Part shown: positions 52,087 to 64,000 of the stretch, piece by piece | How the letters are laid out: each line of letters opens with the position of its first letter | Position numbering within the stretch: position 1 is the stretch's first letter | Assembly (NCBI RefSeq): GCF_024521635.1 | Contig: NW_026250424.1 | Span: 1 to 64,000, forward strand | Origin: Tricharina praecox | Lineage: Eukaryota | DNA length: 64,000 bases | Direction: 5' to 3' | The notes under the pieces: model-generated | Databases searched by the model: none | What the model was told of the DNA's origin: nothing | Seen by the model: only the letters and a program-made list of their open reading frames with translations | Program-made: the position numbers and the translations under genes

Positions 52087-54375
52087 GGTGGCGCGTTGTG
52101 TTGCGGAAGTCTGGGAGACGCGATGCGGCGGACGCGATCGGTTGTTGGGTGGGCGGGAGGGTCCCCCTGCTCCGATTGTCAACGCGCTAGCTCATCGATT
52201 ACCATCACCGGTCCCCGGCAAGACACGGGAGGCCAATGGACGTTTCAGTGGGGGCGCGGTTACCTCACGAGAGACTGAATCAAGGCTTAAGATTTTCTTC
52301 TTGGAAGAGCTGTCCCCTTGGAAGAATAACTACAGATGGGCTTGGAAGTTGGAGTGTGCTTGGAACAAGTATCTACGAGTGCGGGCTCCAAAGAAGGGTC
52401 ACGGGTGGGCTTGGAAAAAGGACCCTTGGAACATCTACAGCACCGTGAAAGTGTCTGCCACTCTATGTATGTCTACGCCTTGTCGAGAATGAAATCGCCG
52501 TGCTAACTACCTACTACATAGTAATTATGCCTGCGCAGCTGCAGCCTGCAAACCACAGGAACGGTGCCCTCCGAGAGTGCGGTACCGTTGGCTGATACCC
52601 ACCGGTACGTACACTGCACCGGGTATTGCGGGCGCGGTATAGTAGGTACACACCACTACCGGTATCCAGGTACCGATTCGGTCTCTTTGCGACGAACGAG
52701 CTGGACTGGAGACTGGAGACTGGTAACTGGAGTTCGCCTCCTCCGCCGAGGTGCCAAGAGCGCTTCCACCAACGGCCATTCCTCGCCGCTCACTCGAACA
52801 GCAATATTGCGCTCGCAGCTCCGCTTTTGGTCGGGGAGGGGTGCGCCGGTTGCGTGTGGAAGGTAGGTGGTGAGAAGTGCGTCCCTGCTCAGGTAGGTAG
52901 GGGAGCATCACGGAGGGGTGATTCGATGGCAAGCAGCGGACCGTGGTGCAGCGATCGTCACGCGTACACACAGACTGAGAACGAACTACCAGCTCAAGAT
53001 GGGCCATCGTCTGCTTACGTCGCCCCCTCGGGGCTCGAAAAGAGGCAAAGCGAGTACCGTATGTAGTGCTGCTGCTGCTGGTGGTGCGGGGAGTCCAGCT
53101 CCGAGAGAACCTCTTCAGGAATCAGGATCCGCACAACCTGGAGGGAGGGCGGGGCGTCATGCCGACTGAGGCGAGAAGGGGTAAAGAAACACAGATACGC
53201 ACACACCAGGTGCCTATATCGGAATTGTCAGTTGTAGGGACGTCTAGCCAGGCTCTTGGACTTCTGTACGGACGCTGCACGTACTGTCGGCAGAATGGCC
53301 CTACCTAGTTACTGTTGGGAGGGCCACCAGGACGGAATGTGGTGATTGTATCGTCAGAGTAGCCTGGGAGGAGTAGGAACATAGGGAGGGGGAGGTGGAA
53401 GTTCTCCTCCATCGCCGTTTGCTGAACAAGGTGGATTGTCTGGTGAGGGGGACTTGAGGGAGCCAGCGTGCCGTTCCCTCGGGTTACAAACGCATATTTA
53501 GCTGCCATTACCTAAAGTAGAGCACACACGTCGTACCTGGTAGTTGGAATGCAAGCAAAAACCGACTCCCACTTCGTTGCCGAGCAGCCACCACATGGCC
53601 TGTGCCTCCAAGTAGAAGCGAAATCCTCCAAACTCTTCACCGGACGCACGAACCACCGTTCATGGCCAGCTGCGTTTGCTCCCACCTGGAACGTGATCCT
53701 GCCAACCATTTCCGACGGGACAAACCCAGCAGTTCGAAATCCGCAGGCGCACGGCGGGAGTCGATCGTCCGTGGACAGAACGCTGAAGACATGCATGTAT
53801 GTAGAATCCAGATATTCTTCCAGCAGTGGATAGGTACTCTGGATTAGGGTTAACTACATACACGCATGCCGGGAGGACATGTGGCGATACTTCCAGATGC
53901 GGCACGATTAGGGTTCCGGAAAATCCACCCCGTCTCTGCTGCCGCATCGCATCGACTACACATGTACCGGTATGATACATAGTGGATCAATCCCGTCTGG
54001 CACGACCCGAGCTCGCTCAACCCCGCATTATAGTCGCATTTATATTACTGCTTGGGGAACTTGTCCCGTACAAAAAAAACCCCAGATGTCAAGTGTCCGC
54101 ATGTCGATCGGTGGGCAGCCCTCCGAACCCTGCCACACATGTACGTACATACTTAGGCACGTACCGGTACCGTGCACGCATACCATGCATGGCTTATCGA
54201 CGCGGACCCGGGAAGATAACCATTCTTCGGCAGTGATGGAGATGAGGAGGAGGATGAGGAGTATATTAGGTACATATATAAAATCCAGTTTCTGCGAGCG
54301 ATGGACCGGAAAAAAATAATCAAAATCCCCATCAACGACCGACCGCCGATCGTCGGCCACCGATTCGTGCCAGCT

Positions 54376-56075
54376 ATGGATCAGTATCTCAGGCTCCCGC
54401 CGCCGTACGTGCTGTACGCCATCTTCGCCTCCATCGGGGGTTTCATCTTTGGGTGAGCAGCGAGCTTCCCTCCCCGGCCGGCCGCGGGCTCCAATCCACA
54501 GAGGAACCGACTGACTTTGCCTCCGCAGCTTCGACACGGGCAGCATCGGCCCGATAACACTGATGCGACCATTCCAGCGGTCGTTCGGCGTGCTGTCACC
54601 AACGATGCAGGGCCTCTTAGTCTCGTCGATCCTTCTCTCGGGGGCGCTCGCCTCCTTCTTCGCGGGCTGGCTGTCCGACCGGCTCAGCCGGACCTACTCC
54701 ATCTCCCTCGGAGCAACCGTCTTCGCCGTGGGCGCGGCACTGTGCGCCTCCGCGCACACGCTCGCCCAGCTGTTCGTCGGCCGCCTCGTCTGCGGCGCTG
54801 GCGAGGGCGTGTTCATCTCGTGCGTCGCCGTGTACGTGCTCGAGATCGCGCCGGTGCGGATCCGCGGCACGGTGGCGTGCATACTGCAGCTGTTTATCAC
54901 GCTCGGAATCATGATTGGGTATTTTGTCTGCTACGGGTGCTTGCAGGTCACCACCAGCATGGCATGGCGAACACCGTTCGTCATGCAGACCGTCTTTGCC
55001 GTCGTACTGGCCCTGGGGTCGCCGTATATCGCCCACTCGCCCCGCTGGCTGCTCTTGAGAGGCCGTCGACCGGAGGCGGCTCGCACACTGGTTAAGCTCG
55101 GCATTGGTGAGACCGAGAGGGAGGAGCTCATGCAGCACGCGCTGAATCCTGATGAGAAGGCCGGCGGGTATAGAGCCGCTTGGGGGAAGGATGTGCGCGG
55201 GCGGACGGCGCTGGCAGTTTACATGTTTGCACCCCCCCCCCCCCCGCGATGGATGCATACCGAGGAGCTGACGGCTAATCAACGATTGCAGGCAGGCAAC
55301 CCAGAACCTCTCCGGGATCGACGGGGTGCTCTACTACGCGCCGGTCCTCTTCCGGCAAGCGGGGCTGGAAGCCGAGAAGGCCGCGTTCCTTGCCTCGGCG
55401 ATCACCGGCGTGGTCAACGTGGTGTTCACGGCGGTAGCGCAGATCTTCGCAGACAAATGGGGGCGACGGCCGACGCTGATCGTTGGCGGGCTGTTAATGG
55501 CGGTGCCGATGACAGCCATTGGCGCGATATACGCGCACCCGACCGCGTCGACCACGCACGGCGGGCAGTACACAGTGATCGCGCTGATCATGGCGTATTT
55601 CATCGCGTTCATCATGTCGTGGGCGATACTGATGCGGATCCATGTGAGCGAGGCGCAGCCGGTGCGCACTAGGGCCAGCGTGTCGAGTCTGGCGCAGTGC
55701 GCGAATTGGGTCGTTAACTGGGTCGTCGCCTTCTCTACCCCCATGTTCCTCGATAAGAGCCCCAGTGGCCCGTACTTTCTCTGGGCCGCGAGCATTTGGG
55801 TTGCTGTCGCGGTCATGGCCGTTTATCTGCCGGAAACCCGCGGCAGGGAGATGGAGCAGTTTGATGGCAAGGTCAATAGCAGCTTGGGTAGGTGGGTGAA
55901 GGGCTTGATGGAGCGGAGGATGAAGAGTGTGGCCTGTGTGGGATCAGGCCCCGGGAGTGTGCTGGCTGTGGGGGATGAAAAGGAGCAGGAGTTGGAGTTG
56001 GAGAGGGTACCGACGGCGAGGGGAGCGACAGTAGTAATAGTAGTAGCAGCGGGGGACGGGGATAAGCGGGAATAG
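54376..56075 (+). CDS. MFS sugar porter family transporter, ~518 aa. Exons 54376-54452, 54529-55224, 55292-56075
   Basis: Motifs GGFIFGFDTG, SDRLSR, YVLEIAPVRIRG, SPRWL, QNLSGIDGVLYYAP, DKWGRR and PETRG. Two GT-AG introns restore the frame. Confidence 0.9.
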
Positions 56076-56398
56076 CTAAGGGGAGAACGAATGGCAATGA
56101 TCCATGACCGTCAACATGCGCGGAGGAGGTGCAGTCCGAGTGATGCAATGTGATGTGGTGTTTACGCAGCCGCCGAGAAGCAGTAAAGGCAACCAACCGG
56201 GCTTGAGATCACCGAGTCAACGATCGAGGCCAGCTGTGACTCTTCCGGAGAATACCCAATAAACCTGGCGCTTCGTCGGCATGGTGGATCAGTCCAGGCC
56301 TCACTGGGTAAACAGTGACTCCCGGTTGCTCCTGATCGTTGGGAATACACCTTCCTCCCTCTCAGCCAGTATATAACAATGTACACAGACAGTCTAAC

Positions 56399-56517
56399 AG
56401 CTACGGTCATAGAACCATGAACACACGGCTTCCCGTCCGCTCAGCCCTAGTTAAGCATGGTATCGCCAGGTTAGTACTGCAGTGGGTGACCATGCGGGAA
56501 TCCCTGGTACCGTAGTT
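56399..56517 (+). rRNA. Dispersed 5S rRNA gene (119 nt)
   Basis: Conserved fungal 5S blocks GGCTTCCCGTCCGCTCAGCC, TTAAGC, GGTTAGTA, GTGGGTGACCA and GAATCC. The terminal helix AGCTACGGT/ACCGTAGTT pairs. TATATAA lies at about -29 (56370). Confidence 0.95.
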
Positions 56518-56523
56518 TTTTTT
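56516..56523 (+). terminator. RNA polymerase III T-run terminator of the 5S gene
   Basis: T8 run at the 3' end of the 5S sequence. Confidence 0.85.
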
Positions 56524-56798
56524 CCCTACCTTTCCTTTGATTTTGGGGTTTTTTCCTCAGCTTCTGTCTTTCACACTCCCATTGTATAGTACCGTCTTTC
56601 CGGGTTGTGGTTCTGGCTCATTCCATTCCAAGCCGTCCCGAGAACGGCGCGAACGAAACGTTGCGGTGGGCAAGATGGATGCAATTCTCCCCACAGTACA
56701 GTATGAATAGCCTGGGTATCTCGAATGGCACATCGAATGGCACATTAAAGGAAATGGGTGGTGTATGTATTGTACATACGTAGCCACTCCTAGTCACA

Positions 56799-57210
56799 AG
56801 CTCATACTCGCCGCACTCGAAGGGTCGGCGTAAGTATCGAGTCGTAAATGCCTGACACGGCCATACTTCCTCCCAGGCCGTATCCGCACCCTTTAGACCG
56901 CGTTTCCTCCAAGCCCACTCCCAGCCAACTCCTTCCGCACCAGCAGCGGTCCCATCCCAAAGCTCATGCTCTCTACAATGACTAAGCCGTCGAGTGATAT
57001 CCACAACTCTGCCGTCCCCATAGCACTTCACCTCTATCCATCACCTCCTGTACACTCCCGCACACTTCCCCTCCCCCTTCCCCTCCAACCACCCACCCCT
57101 CACTTCCAGTCACCAAAGTACCCAGGGCCAACTTCCAAGATCCAAGTGTGCTACCGAATCACTACCGATATCCAGTCAATTATAGTATAGGTAGTTCACA
57201 AATTAGACCC
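56799..57210 (-). repeat. ~410-bp dispersed repeat, copy B
   Basis: Reverse-complement match to 50558-50959. Confidence 0.9.
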
Positions 57211-57602
57211 AGTCACCCAGTATACATCTTACATCCCACATACACCACATTCTCTCCCTCCCTCCCTCCCATCCATCCACCCAACCATCCATCCAGCCAG
57301 CAACTCCAGATTCCAGAAGGAACAACCTCCCCCCGCCCAACCCCAACCACTCACATGGATAAAACTGTCAAAACACCAAAACACCCACCGGGCTCCCAAT
57401 ATATGATACGATGATACGATGATGATGCAGTTCGGAAAGGAAAGGAAAGAAAAGGAAAGAAAGAAAAATTAAGAGCAAAAAAGAAAGAAGAAACAGATGT
57501 GATAAGGTATCATCAATGCTATGTGTGACCCCATTGTTGAAAAATGTGCACTCGAAAGAGAAAGAAAACATGATACAGAAAGAAAGAAAGAAAGAAGTCA
57601 AT

Positions 57603-58137
57603 TTATGGCTGCAATCCCCTGCCCTTCCACCTGCCATCGGCCATTCTCTTTGCGCGGTCGGCGCTCGCCGCGTTCACTGCGTTCGCCGCAGAAGCAGCCG
57701 CAGTCATAGGGAACGTCTTACTGCGTGCCAGCTCCTTCTCTTTCTCTTTCTCTTTCTCGCCCTCAACCGCCATCCCCATCCCCATCCCTATGCCGCCGGC
57801 AGCCTGCATCTGATTCTGATTCTGCTCGCCGTGCAGTCCTCTCCTACGGAACTCCTCGCCGCCATTAGCAGAGCACCATTTTACGAGCATCTTCTCGAGC
57901 AGCCCGCCGCGCACCGGCTTGGCAAGGTAATCGTCCATGCCCGACTCCTTGCACTTCTCGCGGTCGCCCTTGATGGCGCTGGCGGTCATGGCCACGATCG
58001 GGATGCGGCTGAGCCACTCGACGACGTCGGGGCCTTCTAGGGGGGCGGCAGGGGCGCCAGGTGCCGTGGAGGTGGAGGTGGAGGTGGAGGAGTGCGCGTG
58101 TAGCCGCCCAGAGCGGATCGCCCGCGTCGCAGAGTAC

Positions 58138-58168
<31 letters not shown>

Positions 58169-61100
58169 GGATTACGTCGGGGCGGCGGAGGGAGGGCGGG
58201 TTGGTGGAGGTCGCGTCGGCGGTGGTGGGTAGTGCCGCGCACCGCGCCATGAACTCGAGGCATTCGAGACCGTTGCGCACCGCGGATACGGTAAAGTTTA
58301 GCTTCTTGATCAGACGGATCGCTATTTGTTGGTTGACTTCGTCTGTTGGTGGAATGGTTAGGGTGGGTCAACGAAGTAGGTACTTGGATAGTGGTTGGAA
58401 CAGACTGTCTTCGACAACGAGCACGTGGCGCTTCCGCCGCTCTTCGAGATCGCTCTCGACCCCTTGTGGGAAAGCTCGACTGATATGCTGCAACAGTGGG
58501 CTCGCGTTGGCCGGCCGGTTGATCTCGCCCTCAGCCGGACACAAATCGCAAATTGATTCCGGCGGCGTCCGAGTGCCAGTGTTCGACGATGATCGGCACG
58601 ACACCGACATGTCTGACTGCAATCGCTCCGGAAGCGCGTCACTATCGAACTCCAAGAACCGCCTGTTGCTGGCTTTCTTGAACGGGATCGCCAAGTGAGC
58701 TGATGTGCCCTCGCCGGCACTGGAGACGAGGCTGATATCGCCGCCCATGAGAGTGACGAGCTGAAGGTTCAGTTGTCAGCAAGTCGGACCGGCGACCTCA
58801 AACGGGGCTGAACCTTACATTCTTGCATATCGTCAAACCCAACCCAGTCCCTCCAAACCTCCGCGCAGTAGACGAGTCCGCCTGCGTGAAAGGCTGGAAG
58901 AGTTTACACTGATCCGAGTCCGCGATGCCAATGCCAGTATCCCGAACAGCAAAGTTCACCGACAGCGTGTCATCGTCCTCATCGCCAATTGTAGCTTTCA
59001 ATTCCACGATACCTTCATGTGTGAACTTGACCGCGTTGCTAAGCAGATTCGCCAATATCTGTCGGACGCGCCCGGGATCACCCATGACCGTCAAGTCCCC
59101 GCTGCCCGGGAAATTGATCTCGTGTTCCAACTGCAGCCTTTTGCGGTCCGCCTCGAAGGCGAGCATCTTCACCACATCCGTAATCACTACCGAGAGGTTG
59201 AAGGGGACTTCTTCGACGTCCATTTTACCGGATTCGACCTTCGAAAGGTCGAGGATGTCGTTGATGATGGTCAAGAGAGCGTTTGCTGATCGTTGTATAC
59301 CCTCTCCAAGCTCTCGCTGCTCGGGCGTCAACTTCTCGTCGAGGAGAATCTCACACATTCCGACAACGCCGGCCTGATGTTGGTTAGCCGTATTCGCACA
59401 GAACACCCATGTGGGAGAGAGAGAGGGAGGTCTCACGATTGGCGTTCGTATCTCATGTGACATAGACGCCAGAAATTCGCTTTTGAGTTTCGACGCCTCT
59501 TTTGCCGCCGCCTCATTAGCCTGCAGCACACGATTCTGGCGCTCGCGCTCCTGCAGTTCGCGCTCCGTCTGGTAGATCGCCGTAACGTCCATACTGAGCC
59601 CGATAACGTCGGTGACAACATTCGGATCGAACTCCCCGCCAGGCCCTCTAAGCCCGCGTACGGGCACAAACTTATTGCTGTACCATCGGCCGTTGAACTC
59701 GCTTTCACGGAACCACTCGTTGATCTCGCCCTTGAGCACTCGCATGACGCCGTCCAAAGCCCCGTACTGATCCTCGGGGTCGACCCCGGCAAAGATGTCT
59801 TTGATATCCTTTCCGATGAATTCGGATGGGTCGGGCACGTCCATCCCTGCAAAAGGCGATATTCTCACGTTATCTTCAAATTAACAGTTTGGGCACTCCA
59901 ATCTAGACAACTAGGGAAGAGGGGAAGAGGATATTATTGCGAACCTTCTAGCATGTACATGGTGCGATTGGCATCGACCGCCCACAGGGTGAGTTTCGCG
60001 TGCCGCAATGCTTCGCTGAGTTGTCGTCGGGTCGCTCTTTCGGCCGTTCGCGCCTGGACCATGTCGTGGATGTCGGTCGTCGTTCCGTACCATTTGACGA
60101 TTTCGTTAGTTTTGGGATCTCGGAGAGGCAATGCGCGTCCCAACATCCATCTGAATTCGCCGTCATGTCGTCTGCACCGGTACTCGACCACATAGTCTTC
60201 ACCGGTGGCCAGACAGTGGGACCACCGCGCTTCTATGGTTTCGACATCGTCCTGTCGCCGTCAGCGGACAGGTGTTCCGGACAAAGATGGGAGACTTACG
60301 GCGTGGTAACCGTCCACCCAACCCTGAGCATCGGGCTGCAGGTCAGCCGGATAACGGACCATGTTGGGACGAGGCAGGAGGCCTACAGTTCCCAGACACT
60401 GCTCTGGCTTCAGGCCAGTATAATCGTACCAACGTTTTGAGAAGTAGTCGTGTCGACCGTCGGGAGTGCTGGTCCATATCTAGGGGGTGACGTGAACAAC
60501 GGCCATCAGTGAATGAATCATGTGCGGAGTTCTTCCGGCCCGACGCGAAAACCCCTCTTTCCCGAGGGAAGGACACATGCTTACCATCTGCGGAATACAA
60601 TCCAGTATGTTTCTAAAGCGCAATTCGTTCCTCTGGGCCTCGGTATCCAACGTCTTCTGCATCTCAGCCATCTTGGTCACGTCTTGCAACACAACCAGTG
60701 CGCCCACGAACTCGCCCGTCTTGTTCCAGATGCACTTCCCGGTCACGTCCACCAACTTCTTCTGTCCACCGGCAAGCATTCCGATGGTCACCGGTTCGAC
60801 GGGCTCGTGCGTCGCAATCATTTTGGCCAGCGGCGACTCGTCGGCGCGCAACTGCCGCGAAAAGTCGGGGGTGTAGGATTTAAGATTGCTCCATGTCTGC
60901 ATCCGATCGAACGGTCGTGGTTCTTCGCCAACGCCCGTGGTCGAGTCCGGCGGCTGGATAAGTTCGAAGCATGCCCGATTCGGTAGTGCAACGCTGCCGT
61001 CGTTGTATATCTATGATCACCCAGTCAGTGAATTTTGCTCTCGCGGCGAAGGTTGAGGGGGGAGGGGCTCACGGCAACAACGGGCGTCTCCATCGCGTCA

Positions 61101-62113
61101 ATCAGCGCTTCTTCCAACACCTCAATCTTCTCCATAAGCGTCGCGGATGCCCGAGCGGATTCGGACTCCGAGAATTCATCCGCCACCGTATAGTTCCTCG
61201 CGCGCCAAGTGTCTGACGCCGCCGACGCCGCCTCCTCTTCCGGAGGTCGCGACAGCCATTTCGTAGGCAATGTTTTGAACATGCATGTGAAGAAGAGTTT
61301 CCCGTCGTCTTTCCACGGCAAAATCGTCAGTTGTGTGCGTCGCGCCGGCCTGGGTTGTCCGTGTCCCCATGAAACCTGCACCCCTCCCCACGGCACGTGA
61401 ACATCGATCCTTTCGCTCTTGAACTTTCCGTCGGCGCCGACCTCTCGCGCCAACGAGTCCAGTTGTGTCTCCCACGACAGCAGACACAGTGTCGAGTCCT
61501 TCGCGAACGCGTCAATTCCAAGCTGGTTCAACGTGTTGCCAAATAGCCTTTCGGTGACGTCGTCGCACCGAGTGTCACCACCACCTCCTCCACCACCACC
61601 TCCACCACCGATCGAGTCTGCGCCGTCACCGAGTCTGACATCCCCGCCGCCTGCGCCGCCGCCTTCGCGCGCCGAAAGACCCAGGTATTCCCCCAGCGCA
61701 TCGTTCGCGAGAATTATCGTTTTTTGATCGTCGAGCACGAGTAGAGGGATCGGGAGATGCTGGAGGACAAGGAGGGATACCGACGCCGACGTCGACATTG
61801 TGTTGCGCCTTTTCTCAAGAGCCGAAAGAGAAGGTTGCGAGGATAGCGTTGATCCCTCCGACGACGACAGCGACGACGACAACGACAACGGCGACGACAA
61901 CAACGAAGGCTCTAGGTGCTGCTGCTGGTGGTGTTGCTGCTGGTGCTGGTGCTGGTGCTGTTGCTGCGCGTGTGGCGGCGGAGGCGGCGGCGAATCCGAG
62001 ATCGCCGTCACATCTGCTTCCGCTGCATCTGGCTGGAAGAACATCGCCTCTAGCGATCTTCGCTGCTCGAAAAGCGCTACGAGTGACTCTGGCCGGATGC
62101 CTGTGCCAGCCAT
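57603..62113 (-). CDS. Cytoplasmic hybrid histidine kinase (PAS/PAC-HisKA-HATPase-receiver, probably fungal group V-like), ~1316 aa. Exons 62113-61073, 61010-60585, 60479-60387, 60323-60300, 60251-59945, 59846-59437, 59373-58819, 58760-58406, 58342-57603
   Basis: PAS/PAC motifs ([33 protein letters not shown]), H-box [13 protein letters not shown]-box [15 protein letters not shown] boxes DTGIGI and GGTGLGL, and receiver [26 protein letters not shown]. Eight GT-AG introns give one continuous frame. The group assignment is tentative. Confidence 0.9.
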
Positions 62114-63220
62114 ACAGAAGTAGTGTACCAGTCCAATCGATGCGTTCGCCCCGGAAACCCGATCACCTTAGAGTACCGTGCCTACGGTATGTACTGCACC
62201 CAAATCTACGCGTTCTTATTCTTCTCTTAACTCTCCACTCTCCACTCTATCGACCTCGACCTCGCCCTCGACCTCGTCAACGTACAGTAATCAATCTACT
62301 ATACGGCAACCCGGTTTGCAAGAGGGTGTGACGTTTTCTCGGTCAGCTTGCGCCAGTCAGCGACTTCCGTTAACTTATGGCCTAGTCGAAATGGCTCGGA
62401 GGAATGACGCGGGGGGTGAGGATGGGGTCGGGTGTGTGCAGTGGTGCGCGGAACAAGGTCCCGAGATCTCTCTCAACAGGCGGCTGTGGGGGGGCTACCG
62501 GGAGCGGATCGCGTTTTCCTAGGGTTTCTTCTTCTTCTTCGTCTTCGAGAATGTTTTGACCGCAGCGAGTGAGGGGATCACGGACTGTGAATAGTAGAGT
62601 AGAAGGCAGTGAACGGCGGATGTGGACAGACGCGAGAGGTCACTGCCTAGTGCCCAGTGCCTCTTTCTCTTCCTCTCCCTCCTCCCACCACCACCACCAC
62701 CACCCACCCCCCTCCCAACCCCCATACGCATGGATCGTCGAATTGCTGGTGGTTAAAGATATTTCCCCTCTTTAGCTCGTCGTCCGATCCGGACTACTGA
62801 GGTGCCACTAGTCATTGATGCGGGCGGGCTGCCCCACAATTGCGTCGCCCTTGCGCTGGAAGGGATCATCCGTGCAACACGAACGTGTCGAGACTCGAGA
62901 CTTGTCGTGGCTGGGATTTCAGCTCTGGGACGGGATCTCCCGTGTCTACAAGGAGTCAAATTCAAAGTCAAAGTCAAAGTCAAAGTCAAAGTCAAGGTTG
63001 AGTGCACATCTCATCTCATCCCCAGCTCGAGCTCGAGCTCGGATGTTGTCTAGAGGAGCGTGAAAACCCGCGGCAAATCAGGAACCGCGCCCATCTTCGT
63101 TCAGCATACAAGGTCAAAGGGGCGTTGTAAGATTCGGTGCAGTTCCCCGTCTGATCTTGGTGGAGGAAGCGCTCTCACCGCGAGTGACGCCGCCATTGAC
63201 GGTGCGAGCTTGCTCTACTC

Positions 63221-63802
63221 TATGGTTGGGGACACCTAAAATAGGAGTGAGAAAATGCCCGACTCCATCCCCGGTTTAACTCAACCACAACACCCAGTAA
63301 AATTAAAAGAGCTCTATAGCATGATAGAGGAAGGGTTAAAGTAGGGCGCTATAGAAGCGAAATAAAAATACAAAGCGTGGTGAATTAATTTAAGCGGGTT
63401 GAAAAAAACTGATTTGTATGGGGAGGATTTTGGAATGTCGCAAATAATAGCATGCACTGAGGCTCTAGCGCTCTTTTAACTTCCTAAAACGGTAATACGA
63501 GTGACGGATGATGAGCCTTATTCGAGCCTTGGCGCTAGTTGATCCTTGCTCACCCTAACTGAGCTCGCGCATGAGTGCTATTCGACTTGGACCTCCTCAG
63601 AACACACGCGAATAGGTCAAAAATGGGGGCCATACGGCCCAAAAATCTTCACAATTACGAAAATTACTTGCTCTGTATTCGAAAAATTGCCTGCGACGCA
63701 CTTATTAACCCTCATTTTTGGTGTAGACACTATAGTCACTCGTGATTTATCAGCCAAAATGAGTGTCGTAATTCACTCCGGTTATAGGCGTCCCCAACCA
63801 TA
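63221..63802. mobile_element. Non-autonomous TIR element (MITE, Tc1/mariner-like), ~580 bp
   Basis: 30-bp inverted termini at 63221-63250 and 63773-63802 match at 26/30 positions. Both outer ends are TA. The interior is AT-richer with no ORF. Confidence 0.7.
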
Positions 63803-64000
63803 CATCAGTACCGATCATCGCCGCCGTCCCGGTGTCATATGCGAACCGGGAGCGGCATGTCACGCTCGCTACATATGTATGGCGGAGATAGATCCGTTGG
63901 GGTATCCTCGAATACGGTATATATCACATGAATCTAGAGGCGGAGCCGTAAAGGAGTTTGCCGCCCCCGTACTCTATGTACTCAAGTACATACTCCACAT

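Noticed and set aside
56399..56517. Starship insertion at the 5S gene
   Set aside because: The 5S copy is uninterrupted and I recognised no tyrosine-recombinase (captain) gene in the window.

Overview
Eukaryotic DNA from a filamentous ascomycete, with short GT-AG introns and CTRAC/CTAAC branch sites. Bases 1-24.8 kb hold a compact hydroxamate siderophore cluster. It contains an ABCB/MDR transporter, a SidF-like N5-hydroxyornithine acyltransferase with PTS1, a SidI-like acyl(mevalonyl)-CoA ligase with PTS2, and a ~4292-aa SidC/ferrichrome-type NRPS. Arrays of SreA-type ATCWGATAA boxes lie in the promoters. The most striking observation is the NRPS first module: A1 has lost the substrate-binding Asp and the catalytic Lys, and T1 plus the catalytic half of C1 are deleted. 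The last A domain has a small-residue pocket. Together with sidF/sidI, this suggests an exported ferrichrome-family siderophore with bulky mevalonate-derived acyl groups and a non-standard peptide ring (inference). Bases 25-51 kb are gene-poor and saturated with microsatellites, with one intronless DHDPS-family aldolase. Bases 51-64 kb hold sos7, an MFS sugar porter, a dispersed 5S rRNA gene, a pair of ~400-bp inverted repeats, a 9-exon PAS hybrid histidine kinase and a ~580-bp MITE. All gene models and family calls were made by eye, with no database searches.
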